Assembly (NCBI GenBank): GCA_043228905.1
Contig: JBHGNT010000008.1
Coordinates: 19,902,001 to 19,966,000 of the forward strand
Length of the DNA stretch: 64,000 bases
Direction: 5' to 3'
From: Azolla caroliniana
Taxonomy: Eukaryota > Plantae > Polypodiophyta
Shown here piece after piece: positions 25,140 to 39,100 of the stretch (position 1 is the first letter of the stretch; every line of letters begins with the position of its first letter). The notes under the pieces are model-generated. The model did no database searches. It saw only the letters and a program-made list of their open reading frames with translations, and was not told the origin of the DNA. A program made the translations under genes and the position numbers.

Positions 25140-28100
25140 TTCTCCGATAAATGACAAACCATAAAGAATGGTTCTCCTCTCTCGAAAAGCCGAAGAAGCC
25201 GAGGGTGGTCGAAACTGGATACAACACCCCACATCCCATCAAGCACATCGGGGATGTCCTATTGAGACATGTTGGTCAGAAGGGAAACATGAGGACCATC
25301 TTGCATGCACCGACAATAACCAAGAACTTGGTGTCAGTCGGCCAAATCGTAGATCAAGGAATGCAGGTCCAATTCACTCACCACTGATGCTTCATCGAGG
25401 AGGAAGGTCAAATCATCACGCCAGGGCGCTCGGATGGAAGAATGTTCATCCTTGAAACCAATGATGTTGGCATCGCTATGTTCACCAAAGGTAAAAAGGT
25501 CGAGTTGGACATCGACCTGTGGCATAAGCGGATAAGCCAGATTAACTTCCGGAAGTTTCAAAACATGTTTCCCGACTGCCGAAGTTCAGTGGCCAGAAAG
25601 GCCAAAAATGGGAAGCTTGCGAGCTCGATAAGCAACATCAGCTTCCATTCCGCAACATGAAGAATCGGAGCCGGAATCAACTCGATCTTATCCATTCAAA
25701 TGTGTGGACCGACACAAAATGTGAACATCGGCGGGGGTCGATATTTCGTCTCCTTCATCGACGATTTCAGCGGTCATACTTGGATCTACCTAATCAGAGA
25801 AGAAGAGCGAAGTCTTCTCGTGCTTCCGGGACATAAAGAATAATGTAGAACAAGAAACTGGAAGGAAGATAAGGTGTTTGAGATCGGATGGCAGAAAAGA
25901 GTACTTTTCCGGCTAGTTCATTAGTTATCTACAAACCAAGGGAATTTTCCGGGAGTTCTCTTGTAGGTACATGCCAGAGCTGAACGTTGTGGCCGAACAT
26001 TGGAATCGAACGTTAGTAGAAGCGGCAAGGGAGATGCTGCAGGAGAAGAGCATACCCCGGATTTATTGGGCCCAAGAAATTTGGACATCCGTCTACATTC
26101 AAAATTGGATATTTGCCTTAGCGAGAAAGGTGTCGCTGCACGAATTGTACTTCGAGTGGAAGCCGAATTTGGTGCACCTATGGGTATTCGACAACATTGC
26201 ATATGTGCAGTTGTTGTATGAGAAACGAAAGAAACTCGATGCAAAATCCGAGAAGTGCATCTTGGTTGGCTAGTCCGACAAGCAGAAGGGGTATAAGTGC
26301 TACAACCCCCGTTTGAGCAAAGTCCAAGTTAGCCCTAATGTTGTTTTCGACGAATCTACATCATGGTACTTCTCATCATCTGAACCCGAGCCGACTATTG
26401 TAGACGAAGCAACGAATTCTGGAACAGGGGGAAGCATAGCAGAATCAGAACAACCGGATATTCTAACTTCTCTTCGGATCAATGGTCCAAATCCGAACTG
26501 GTTGAGCTGAAGCGGCCAACCGGATGATGAGCCAGTGAGTAGTGAAGACTGGTTGAGCTGAAGCATAAGGAACCGAGGAGATGGTTCACATGCAAAGAGC
26601 AAGGGAAGAAGAAGATGTCAGAATACGGTACCGGCATAGATAAGTCGGATCGGAGCGGATCTGACTACGGAAGGAACAAAGATGGACCTTCGGAAATGAA
26701 GTCTACATCTACCTAGAGGGCCAACAATTCGGTGAACTAGGGATTGCGTTGATCCACTTGCCAAAAGCACCCCGTATTTTGATACGGATACAACGAGTAT
26801 ATGGCACATCATTATGCATACATGGTGAAGGTGGCAGTTGTGCGTGAGCTCGACAGCTATGGAGAAGCGACCAAGGATCCGAACTGGCAAAAGGCCATGG
26901 GGAAGACATGCACGCGCTCACGAAATATGAGACGTGGGACTTGGTGGACATACCAAAAGGAGTGAAGTTGATCGATTTCCGGTGGGTGTATAAAGTCAAA
27001 TACAATGTTGACGGCTCCATCAATTGGTACAAGGCCCGGTTAGTGGCGACGGGCTATGCGTAGCAGCACGGAATTGATTATGACAAGACTTTCACGCCAG
27101 TCACGAAGATGATGATTGTCTGTGTCCTTCTTGTGGTGGCAATGGCGAAGGGGTGGCATCTACATCAAATGGATGTGAAAAATGCGTTCCTACAAGGTGA
27201 TCTTGAGGAATAGGTGTATATGGTCTAGCCTCCCTGAACGGACGGAGTAAATGAACACATTGGTTGTTTGCCTACTAACGAATGCCCTTTACGGACTAAA
27301 GCAAGCCCAATGTGCCTGGAATGTGAAGATCATGCAACAATTGCGTCAGATTGGGTTTGCCGCGTCGAAATTGGACTTTTCACTCTTCCTCCAGTAGGGT
27401 CAGAATGGGCAATGAGCCTTTTCCTTTGTGTGGATGATCTTGTCATCGCCGGTGCCGGCCTAGAAGAAATCAACCGCGTCAAGTCTGAAATTGCGGCATC
27501 ATTCAAAATCAAGGACCTCAAGGACCTTCATTATTTCCTCAGGATCCAAATGATCCGCACCCCAAAAGGCATACTAGTTAGCCAACGCCATTATGTATTG
27601 AGTGTGCTCTTCAAAATCAGTATGACGGAATGCAAGTCCGTCTCCAGTTCTCTAGAAAGGAATGTGAAGCTTCGCCCCTACTCCGGAATGACATGCGACC
27701 CGAAAAGTTTCCGACAGATACTAGGAAGCCTCATATATCTAACCATCACCCTGACGGACCTGAGCTATCCAGTCAGACTAATCAATCAATTCATGGCGCA
27801 TCAGTCTTTGGAGCACCTTCAGTGCACTCACGGAATACTCTGGTATGTTAGCATCAACGCTTGTTGGCTATATCGATGCCGATTGGGCCGGAAACGTCGG
27901 TGATCCAAGGTCCACATCCGGATTCGCGTTTTCATTTGGAAGTGTCGCGATTTCCTGGAGCAATAAGAAGTAGCCGATAGTTGCATTGTCGGGTACCTAG
28001 GTCAAGTACCATGGGGCGGTTATCACTACGTGCGAAGCCATATGGCTCAAGAGACTCCTAAAGGATCTGAAGATGGAGGTGCGTGATCCGACAACGATTC

Positions 28101-29443
28101 ATTGTGACAACCTCAGCACCATCTAGTTGGTGAAGAACCTCGTTTTCTATGCCCGGACCAAGAACATTGAGGCACCTTACCATTTTGTCTGTGAGCGTGT
28201 TCTCTCTGGGGAAGTTGAACTGGTAAAAGTTCCAATGGATCGGCAGGTGATTGATATATTCAACAAACCATTAGACTTAGACAAGTTGCGATAATTTTTG
28301 GGCATGCTTGGTATGTAGCGCCTCGATGTGCCGAAATTGAGGGGGAGGAATGAAAGGACAATTGAAAAAGAAGATGTCCGGAAAGCTGAATCAGATACCG
28401 ATTTCAATTTCGGTCTAACTAAAGGAGTCAGAGTGTTCAGGTCGGCTGAAGAAGCTGAGCACGGATGGACATGTGGAAATAAAACAAACAACCAGAGATT
28501 TGTCAAATGCAGGGGGGGGCGACCACAAAGGGAAGCCAGAGCCAAAGCTAGTAAAAAAAAGGGGAGGTAAAGCCAAGAAGGCCGAGAAGACTAAGACACA
28601 GACGTGGTCCGAAGTCGTGACGGGTCTAAAGATCGAGGATGAGTTGGAGACAACCAACTCAGACAAGAGCAAGAACGAATCGGAGGCTCCTGATCTAGAA
28701 GAAGTGTTTGATTCAAAGGAGCCAAATCAAGTTAAGGCCAAACAGACTAGAAGGCAACGGAAGTCAACATCGACACCAAGGAGCCCACGAATCAAGAAGC
28801 ACTAGAGCCGCAATAGCGAGGGATCTCACAATGGCCAAGGGAGCAGACAAACTGGTTGAGAAGGTCGAGGTGCACGGAACTGGATGGGTCGTGGGAAGAG
28901 GAACTAGACCAGACGAGGAGCGCGAGCTAGGAGGCAAGATGGCTAGAGGGGCTAGAAGGAAGGGCCGGTGGACACACATAGCGATCTGACCTCATGTTGA
29001 GCTTGAGGGTGAGTGTTGAGGAGACAAGCCGAACTGGATCCAGATCGGCTGAATAAGCCAGAGTCCGGAATGAACAACTGGTATTTGGAACCAGGAGCCG
29101 GATCAGGGAGCCGGTTTGTAATCCGGATTAGTATGAACTGGTACGTCATTAGAGGTCTACAAATCTAGCCTAGTACATGGGATTATGGGAGTCTGTGCCA
29201 GTCGCATGAATGAGCATTGAAGTACATGTCGGTACTTTTGTCAGTCCTTTTAAAGAATTGTATAAGAGTGCTCAATGAGCACATTGTATGTATAGAGTGT
29301 TATTTTTTTAATTGCAACTATTGTTTTGCTCTCTCTGTCTCTCCCATGTACTCTCTCTTGTGTCTAAGTTTTCCATTAAAACTGTGCATATTCTCTGTTG
29401 CTATCCAGGTGAACCGGTTTGTCAAAGCTTCCGCATATTAACT
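25140..29443 (+). mobile_element. 5'-truncated degenerate Ty1/copia (second family): PR-IN-RT-RH, long 3' region, PPT, 3' LTR 29014-~29443
   Basis: KNLVSVGQ, LWHKRI, KSEKCILVG, CVDDL and GSLIYLTIT. gagcttgagggtgag directly precedes TGTTGAG. The LTR is similar to 12382-12805. Confidence 0.9.
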
Positions 29444-29545
29444 TTGACACTCCAAATACACAACATATACATGTCATCATAACAATACTAAACAGGCACA
29501 ATAGCCCAATTGGAAGAAGTTGAGTCTCAAATGAACACTGCAAAA

Positions 29546-29752
29546 AACAAGAACAATAACAACAACAAACAGATAGAAGAACAATAAACATATTGAACAA
29601 GAACATGCTCAAACAAAACAATAACAACAACAACAGATAGAAGAACAATAAACATACTGAACAAGAACATGCTCAAACAAAACAATAACAACAACAACAG
29701 ATAGAAGAACAATAAACATACTGAACAAGAACATGCTTAAACAAAACAACAA
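29546..29752. repeat. About 3 x 64-bp AAC-rich tandem repeat
   Basis: agatagaagaacaataaacata recurs at 29571, 29635 and 29699. A nearby (AGAACA)n tract is at about 29898-29921. Confidence 0.85.
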
Positions 29753-32700
29753 CAAGAGCATCAAATTATCATAGGACCCCCTTTCCATATGTGAACCTGT
29801 ACAAGATTCAAGCATATGCATGTACCAGACTCTCAAATATATAGAGGAGAAAAACATGAAATACAACAATACCAAAAAGGACAAGAACAGACAGACAAGA
29901 ACAAGAACAAGAACAAGAACATTTAAGTTCATCCACAAGAACAGAGAGAGCATCATATCATGAGAGCACCCTCTTTCCATATGTGAACATGTACAATATT
30001 GAAGAAAATGCAGAACATGCAACAAAGCCTAAAGCAAGAGGATACCCAGATGTCATAGTGGTTGCAGAGGGGACACAACGAGCATAGGTTGCAACCAAGG
30101 AAACACAACAAGTGGAGGTGGTTGTAGAGGGAACATAGGGAGCACACGGAACACAACCAACAAAGGTTGCTGCCGGGAGGACACGGTGAGCAGAGAATGC
30201 TTGGAGGTTGTAGAGGGGTCATGGCAAGGAGAGTGAACAGAGCAAGGTTGTTAGGTACGTTAGATACGGTACAAATACCATATGTATATAACGTATTAAT
30301 ACGCGTATAGTACCTCCCAATTTAAAAATAGTTTAAATACGTTTTTTAATATGTTAAATACTTATAAAATACGTATAGTACGTTAAATACTTCTAGAATT
30401 TGAAAATTATTTACCTTTCTAAAACATATTTGTAATATTGTAAAAAGTATCAACGTTTACACAATTTTGTGATGTACATTATAGTTCACATCCTAAGATA
30501 CTTATAATATGGATGTCGACATTCACTTCACAAGACACACGAACACACAAGAGAAAGATCTACACACAAGGCACATAGGTGAAAGGAATCTTTACTTCTT
30601 TACAAAATCAGAGCTTCTTTTATAAAATAAGAATCAAGTTATAATGGGTTCTATTGTAAGCAAGTTTGTTTATCAAGGAAAGGAGGGGAAGAGAGATGGA
30701 GAGAAGAAATTAGTGAAGCATAAAAGAGAGAAATCCTTGATTGTTGATGAGGTTCCCCAATGTCCAACGACTTCATTGCCTCCTCTTGATGTTGAAGCCT
30801 CACACTCTTCTTGGTTGAGATCCCTCTTCTTTCGCCTTTCAATTCCGTAGAGCTTCCACATCTTCTTCTCCTCCCTCCCTGCTTTGTGCTAGTAATCCAT
30901 TCTTATTTATAGGTTTGCCTTTGTCTTATTCTTGCTTTCTTTTTCGAATAAAAGCTTGACTGTATGTGAGGTGTGTTTTATTTTTATCATGTTTTTTTTC
31001 TGTAATCTCAAATTTCACATGCAAGATATTTTTAGAATTCTCTCCTTGTCCGAGAGAAGAAGAATGATCGGTTGTGCAAATGTGGAGATGCAAGGAAGGA
31101 GACAAGGGGAAGGCGGGCCCTAGGAGATTGGAGGAATTGGTGTAGAGGTTGGAATCTGGCAACATGGGTGACCGTCGCGACAATTGTTAGTCATTCAAGC
31201 CTCTCAAGCCTTGAATGTACTAAGATGAGAGGAATTTGGTAGTACTCACAACGTGGATCAGGGAAACCAAATTGTTTCTTGTTAGAAACCATGTAGAACC
31301 CGTTTTGTGGGTAATGGTCTTGACAAGTTTCTTGGATGGGCCAACACAACACTAGTACATGTTCAAAGAAACCACAAGCTCAAATGGAAGAGGAGTCGCT
31401 CGTGGGGAGCCATCTCGAATGAGCTAGACATGCAATATAGGACATGTACCACAAGAACATCAACATGTAACCAATGGTGAGAAGAGGTTGTTTCGAGTGT
31501 GGAGGACCACACCTAGGGTTCAAATGCCCTAAGAGGAAACAATTTCCAATGAGAGTGGCCACTTCCTAACTCAACCTTCGAAAATTAGAGGAGAGGGTGG
31601 TGCCTGAAATGGTTGTCGTAGTAGCACATTATGAGGATGAAGGAGAAGAAACCATCATGCGTGTAGGTGCTATCACAACATGACACTTGTCTCACAATCA
31701 AACTCAATAATACAACCAAGTACCAATTTGTCCGTCATCTTTGTGTAGGGGTTCACAAATGTGCGCATTAGTAGTCGACGTCTTGATAGAAGCACGGAAT
31801 GGACGGGCCGAACACCCTTTTTAGCAGTCGACATGGATGGTTTCGAGGCAAGTTTGGGCCTGAATGGATCGACAAATCTATTATTAACTAGTTTGGCAAA
31901 AAAAATGGACAAACTTTTGCTGGATAATGAGGACGAAAGAAAATATGATTGTGAGCATGCATAAGAAGCACAAGGGGGTTACGAATCACAACACAAAGAC
32001 AAACACAACATCCATGGTAGCAAGGCTATGCATTGCAAAAGTGGCAAGTAGAGCTTTGAGGAAGGGTAGTCAATGTTTTCATTGTAAGGCCCTCCTCACA
32101 AAGCTACGAACGATAGCAACTAAGGTACAATTGGGTGAAGATGGCTTCGAGAAAAAAATCAAACAGTTCAATGACGTGTTAACAGGGGAATTACCAAAAG
32201 CGTTGTCACCACAAAGAGCAATCGACCATAAAATTCAGATTGTGTCAGGGAGCAGACCACCTGTCAAAGGACCATATCACATGAGTGTTGCTAAATTAGA
32301 AGAACTCAAATGTCAACTCCAAGAGTTGGAAGCATGTGGGTTTATCCAAGCATGTAGCCAAGAAAGACGAAACACTATGTATGTTTATGGATTACAAATC
32401 ACTCAATAAGATTACAATAAAAAGTAAGTATATGTTACCCTTGAAGTCTGACTTACTAGATTAGTGACAAGGAACCCAATATTTCTCTCACATTGATTTA
32501 CGATCTAGATATCATCACATCCGAATAGCCACAGAAGACATTGAGAAAATTGTGTTGAGAACTAGATACGGAAGTTTTGAGTGGCTCGTGATGAGTGTTG
32601 GCTTAACCTAAGCACTAGGAACCTTTTGTAGACTTGGGAATGCAATATCAAGATTATTTGGATAAATTTGTTATCATTTATATTGATGATCTACTGATGT

Positions 32701-35700
32701 TTACTATGTCTTTGGAAGAGCACAAGCAACATGTTGTCCAAGTTATAAAGAAATTACAGTAACACCATTTGTATGCCAAGCTCCAAAAATGCGAATTTGT
32801 TGTGGGAGGTCTAGAATTTCTAGGATTTCAAGAAAGAAGGGACAGGTCGAAGATGGATCCCGCGAAGGTGGAAACAGTTCAGCAATAGCCAAGACCCACC
32901 AAAGTCATCCAGGTACCACAATTCAATGGTTTTGTACAATACGTCACGAAATTAATTAAAAAATTTAGTGCATTAAAGTTTGTTTGATAGTACATTAAAT
33001 TTTATCATAGGATTTTAAATTTCTAACCCACAAAATTCTCACATGGACTCTTTAATGCCATTTTGTCTCTTAACACTTAGCGGTCCAAAAGAATTAGTTA
33101 TCTTGTGAAGTATAATATCTACGGTTTCCAACTAATTAGGTGTCTTTTATAAATTAGGTACATTTCAATGATGTTTCGTAAGTCTTTGGAAGAGCACAAG
33201 TAGCATGTCACCCAGGTTCTACAAAGATTACGGGAGAAGTGGTTGTACGCCAAGCCTGAGAAATGCGAATTTGTTGTGGGCGAGTTAGAGTTTCTCGGAT
33301 TCTAAGTAGGAAGGGAGGGGTTGAGGATTGATCTCACTAAGGTGGAAACAATTCAAAAATAGCGACAACCCATCAAAGTCATCATCGTACAACAATTCAT
33401 TTGTTTTGTACAATACGTTAGGAAGTCTATTAAAAAATTTAGTGCAATTGCAACTTCACTCACAAATCTTCTGAGAGGCTCACAAATTGCGTTTAACTGA
33501 TCGGAAATAGAATGTTCAACACACTTTTGACCACTTGAAGGAAGCAATGTGTTCTAAGCTAGTGCTAAAATCACCGGATTTAACCAGGCCTTTCGAAATT
33601 CATACTAATGCATTGAATTATGCTTATGGGGCAGTCCTTATGCAGGATGGTCACCCAATTGTGTGAGAGTCAAAAACGTTTTCAGAAATAGAAAGCAGGT
33701 GACCTAGCGATGTGAAAGAAATGCTCATGATAGTGTATGCACGACGGAAGTGGAGACATTATGTGCAAGATAAATTCACAGAGGTAGTAACAGATAAAAT
33801 ATCCCTACAATACTCTCAATCATGACCAAGACTATTAGCAAAATAGATGCGGTCGCAAGACATGTTGGCTGAGTTTGATATCGAAATTGTGCATAAGAAG
33901 GGGAAGTTGCAGACCCTACTAGATGCATTGAGTAGGTTGTAACAAATTCATCACATTTTCATCATCACGGTTCAAAGATGGCTCGAAGAGATTCAACAAG
34001 CTCAAGAAAGTGATGCAGTAGTAAGACAACTAATAGATGAAGTGGGAAGTGGATAGATGGCTCATAGATTATACATGTTGCATGACAGGCAATTATGGAG
34101 TGAAGATAAGGTGGTGATCCCTAATAATATACAATTGAAGGCCAAAATATTGTTTGACGTGCATGATTGCCACATGGATGGGCATCGAGGACAAAAATGA
34201 ACATTAAGGGTCGTTAAAATGTACTCTGTGTGGACTAAAATTTGAGATGGAAATGATTGAGTATGTACGCTCATGCAAAGTTTGTCAAGCAGTGAAGGCA
34301 AGATTATGCAAATCATTCGGTCTACTGCAACAAATGTGGATTCCGTTTTGCCCATGCTATGTAATTAGTATGGACTTTATTATTGATTAGCCTCCCTCCA
34401 AATGATACAATACTTTGATGGTGGTTGTGGATTTCTTCTCAAAGCAAGCTTATTTCACACCTTCAAAGCTACCTCTGACAATCAATCACGTAGTTCAATT
34501 GTTTTTCAAGTTGTAAAGAATCGATGGTGATTCTTGTGTAGCGGAAGAGATGTGTGTTATGTGTATGTGTGAGAGGAAAGAGGAGAGCAGAGAAACACAA
34601 GATGGATAAGAGACAAAATGAAGTACTCAAGAAGAATGAGATTTATATTAACAAGGAGAATATGATAAATGAAAATGTAGCATTACAAGGAGTCACAACC
34701 GACTTAGTATGAAGCATGAGGAGGGTGCTTTATATAGAGTCACCTTCTCTCTTCATTAACTTTACAACAACCACTCTCTCTCTTGGGGAATGTGAAGACT
34801 CATAGTCATGGAGAATATGTAACTCATTAGTTATGTGTCATAGAGTATGATTCTATGACACATAGTTAATGTGTAAAGAGTAGTGGTGTGACTCTTGACC
34901 TTTGAGTAATCATAGATTCTCAAAAGGTGTGTTCACATGTTGTGCTATGTTGAGCTTGATTCTCCACACGCCCCCTCAAGCTCAACTTGGGTTGGTTCCT
35001 TTCTATTGATGTCCGCTTTGGTTGGTATCCGGTTCGGACGATCTCCGGTGTCCGGTTCGGATGATCTCCGGTGTCCGGTTTGGCTCGTACCCGGTTCAGA
35101 CGGTATCTGATTCTCGCTTGTACTCCCCCTCAAGGTTGGCAAGTCAAGGATCGTCAATCCAAGGTCTGACATGAATCGCCGAAGCTTGTCGGCTCCTAAC
35201 GCTTTGGTGAAGATGTCGGCCGTCTAAAAATTTGTGTTGATGTGTTGAAGGTCGACATTTCCGGCCTGTACGCGCTCTCGAATGAAGTGATAGTGCACTT
35301 CAATGCTTTGTGCACGCGTGGAACGCCGGGTTCCAAGCCAAATATATACTGCTCATATTGTCGCAGTAAATGGGAGTTGGATCCTTGATGGGGATGCCCA
35401 GATCCTTCAAAATCCTCTTGAGTCATACAGCTTCACATGCAGCTACGACTGCGCTCTTGTATTCGGCCTCTGTACTCAAAAGTGCCTGTTACCCATAGGA
35501 GTTGTACGGGGCGGTATAAGGGTAAAACACATTAAAGGGGTTGTTCGGTATGTGTAATGTATATGAGTGTGAAGATGAGTATGTGTGATCACATGCACAA
35601 TTATGTGCACGTGACAAGAGTGTAACGGTCTCTTTTGTAACAGTCATTATTTACCGTTACATTTTGTATTATATAAACCCGAACGGTTGGCCCTCGTTTG

Positions 35701-36160
35701 AGAGGAAGTCTCACTCTCCCTCACGCTCCCCTTCCATCACTAATCTCTCTGTGTCACAGCCAATCTGAGATGAAAATGTTGATTTACAGCTTCAACTCTC
35801 TACACGTTTGTGTGTTTGCTTGTGCTTGTGCTGTGTGTGTGTTGTGTCTCTCTCGTTCCCCTCAAGCTCATCGGTTGGTTTCTATCTATGCTATGAAAAC
35901 CCTAAGTCCTCATAGAAGTGGAAGAAGAAGAAAAACGTGGGCATGGAGACCATTAGGTATGCGGCTTCTTCAAGAATGGCAATACGAAGTTGTGGAAATG
36001 GGAGACCAAGATGGCTTCCATGGTAGCTCCTATGCGTCAAGAGCTCTGCAGCTCAGCTCAACTTCTAGATCATGAAATTCATGTCTCTACAAATATTTAA
36101 AAGAACATAAACGAGCATCAACGGGCTCAGCTTCCGACAATCAATCCCTTGAGTCAAGGG

Positions 36161-39100
36161 TGTCAGGAACTAAACGCTCCCCTATATGCAACGCTCGGCC
36201 ACAACCGAGCTTAGATTGATGCACAGAAAACGGGAAATGAAAGCACAATACAAAGAAGAGAACAGTGCACAGGAGGTTTACGTGGAAAACCCCAAACTAG
36301 GGAAAAAACCACGGCAGCCCACAGGCTGCAAACTATCACTATGTAAGAATGTACAACAGTGAGTTCACGGAGTCAACGACCTCGTGCTCACAATCTTCGC
36401 CACAGGCGGCGGTTACAACTGAGGCAGCGACCTCTTTCTCTCTCTCTCTCTCTGTACACTGTTACGCGCTCTAATCTCATGCAAAACAAGAATGACTACA
36501 ACAACATTACAAAAGTTTGCCCTAAGTCATATTTATACTAATATGACTTTTCGGCTATTTACAAATATAGCCTCGATGGACTCTCAGAAACATATTTACG
36601 AATATGTCTCTTCATCCGGTGAGCACTCCTCACCGGGTCTTCACCATCCGGCTCTCCGTAGCCGGGTACTCCTCATCCGGTTCTCACCGGGTCTGCACCA
36701 TCCGGCTCTCCGTAGCCGGGTACTCCCCATCTGGTTCTCACCGGGTCTGTACCATCCGGCTCTCCGTAGCCGGGTACTCCTCATCCGGTTCTCACTGGGT
36801 CTGCACCATTCGGCTCTCCGTAGCCGGGTACTTCTCATCCGGTTCTCACCGGGTCTGCACCATCCGGCTCTTCGTAGCCGGGTACTTCTCATCCAGTTTA
36901 GGCCTCGGCCGAGTTTGCTCATCAGCACTAATCTTCTCCCTTCCCATCCGGAGGGACCTGTCTCCCAACAAACTCCCCCTTCACTCCGGCATGGGGAGTC
37001 TTACTAGTCCGATCCGCTTCCTACATGCATCCAGCTTGTCGGGTATCAGCACTTTGGTCATCATATCTGACCTGTTCTCGGTTGTGTGGATCTTTGTCAG
37101 CGCGAACTCCTGGTCATCTACTCTTTCCCGGATCCAGTGATACCTTCGCTGGATATGCTTCGTCCGGGAATGGTAGGCCGCATTCTTAGCAAGGTGGATG
37201 GCACTTTGACTGTCGCAATAGAGCCGGTATTCATCTTGCCAGATTCCGAGCTCTCCGATGAAGTCCTTCATCCATAATATTTCCTTGCCGGCTTCCACAG
37301 CCACCATGTACTCCGCCTCCGTGGTTGACAATGCAACCGTCTTTTGCAGCCTCGACTACCACGATACAGCTCCCCCCGCATATGTCATTACATACCCGAA
37401 TGTAGAACGGCTGGTATCCACATCAGCCGACATGTCCGAATCGGTGAAACCGTCAAGTTGAGGTTTTCCGGAGCCGAATCAAAGACACATATTTGAAGTG
37501 CCCTTCAAGTACCGGAGTATCCATTTGACCGCGTTCCAGTGCTCCTTGCCGGGATTGCTCATAAACCGGCTTACCACTCCGACTGCGTATCCTATATCCG
37601 GTCGGGTACAGACCATTGCGTACATTAAGCTCCCGACAGCAGAGGCATATGGAATCTTCATCATATCCGCCTTCTCTGCTTTCGTCTTCGGGCTCTGCTT
37701 AACGGATAACCTGCAATTTGCCGGAAAGGTCGATCCGACGGGTTTCGCATCTGACATGTTGAACCGGTGAATCACCTTTGTCACGTACTTCTCCTGTGAC
37801 AACCATAATTGCATTCCCAACATCTGTCTTGCCGGACCCAAGTCTTTCATTGAGAAGGTTCGGTTGAGAGCCTTCTTCAACATCCGTATTTTGACTTGGT
37901 CCCGTCCGACGATCAACATGTCATCCACGTACAAGAGGAGTATCAGGAAGTCGCCTCCTTCGAACTTCTTCACAAACACGCAGTGATCGGCCTGCGTCTT
38001 GTGGTACCCTTGATCGGCCATGAAGGAGTCGAACTTCCGGTACCATTGCCGGGGGGCCTGCTTCAAGCCGTAGAAGCTGTTCTTCAACCAGCAAACTAGG
38101 TGCTCCTTCCCTTTCTCCACGAATCCTTCCAGTTGCTGCATGTAGATCTCCTCTTCGAGGTCGCCGTGAAGGAATGTTGTCTTCACGTCCAGCTGCTCTA
38201 CCTCGAGGTTCATGCTTGCTGCTATACTCAGCACCGTCCGGATGGAGGTCATCTTTACTACCGGGGCAAATATCTCGTCAAAGTCCACGCCCTTTTTCTG
38301 TTGGAACCCCTTCACCACGATCCTAGCTTTGTATCCCGGGGGGTTGCCGGCATCTCCTGGTTTCAACTTGTACACCCACTTGTTTCGGAGTGCCCGCTTT
38401 CCTTTCGGCAACTCCACCAATTCGTACGTATGGTTCTCATGTAGGGAGTCCATCTCATCCTGCATGGCACTTAACCATTTGCGGTTGTGGGTGTCATCCT
38501 TTGCTTCTTCGAAGCTTTCTAGCTCCCCCTCATCGGTCAGTAGAACATGCTCTGCATTCGGAAATCTCCGGGGCGCCCTTCTCTCTCTGAGAGGATATCT
38601 CCGTCTTCGGGCTTCGGTAACCGGCTCCTCCATTTGCTCTTCATCCGAATCCGATTCGGGGTCTTGGCTGGTTCCGGTTTCAGCTTCCTCCACTTCTTCT
38701 TCAGCCTGTTCAGTATCCTCACCGTAACCGGCCGGTCCCTCGAGTGCTAACCGGTCTCTTGCCGGTTGGGTCTGCTCATTGTAGAGTCGATCCTTACCGG
38801 TCGACTCGGAGTTCGTTATGTTCTTCTCTGACTCCCAATCGGCGAGGGTCTTGTCCTCCATGAAGATAATATCTCGACTCCGGAATACCTTCTTGTCGAC
38901 CAGGTCCCACACTCGGTAGCCGAACTCATTGTCACCGTAACCGAGGAATATGCATGGCCGGGTCTTTGGATCTAACTTTCCTCTCCGGTCCTTAGCTACA
39001 TGCACGTACGCGAGACACCCGAACACCTTCAGATGCTGGTAGGATACTTCCTTACCGGTCCATACTCTCTGTGGCTTGTCTCCGTCCAAGGGTACTGAGG

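Noticed and set aside
12382-29443. Idea that the copia 5' fragment (12382) and 3' part (25140-29443) are one element that captured PR-1
   Set aside because: The LTRs are only loosely similar and the flanks (ATTCA vs TTGAC) give no TSD. They are more likely separate copies.
29376-30222. Hydrophobic and Cys-rich ORFs resembling membrane proteins
   Set aside because: Translations of AAC/GTT-rich tandem repeats.
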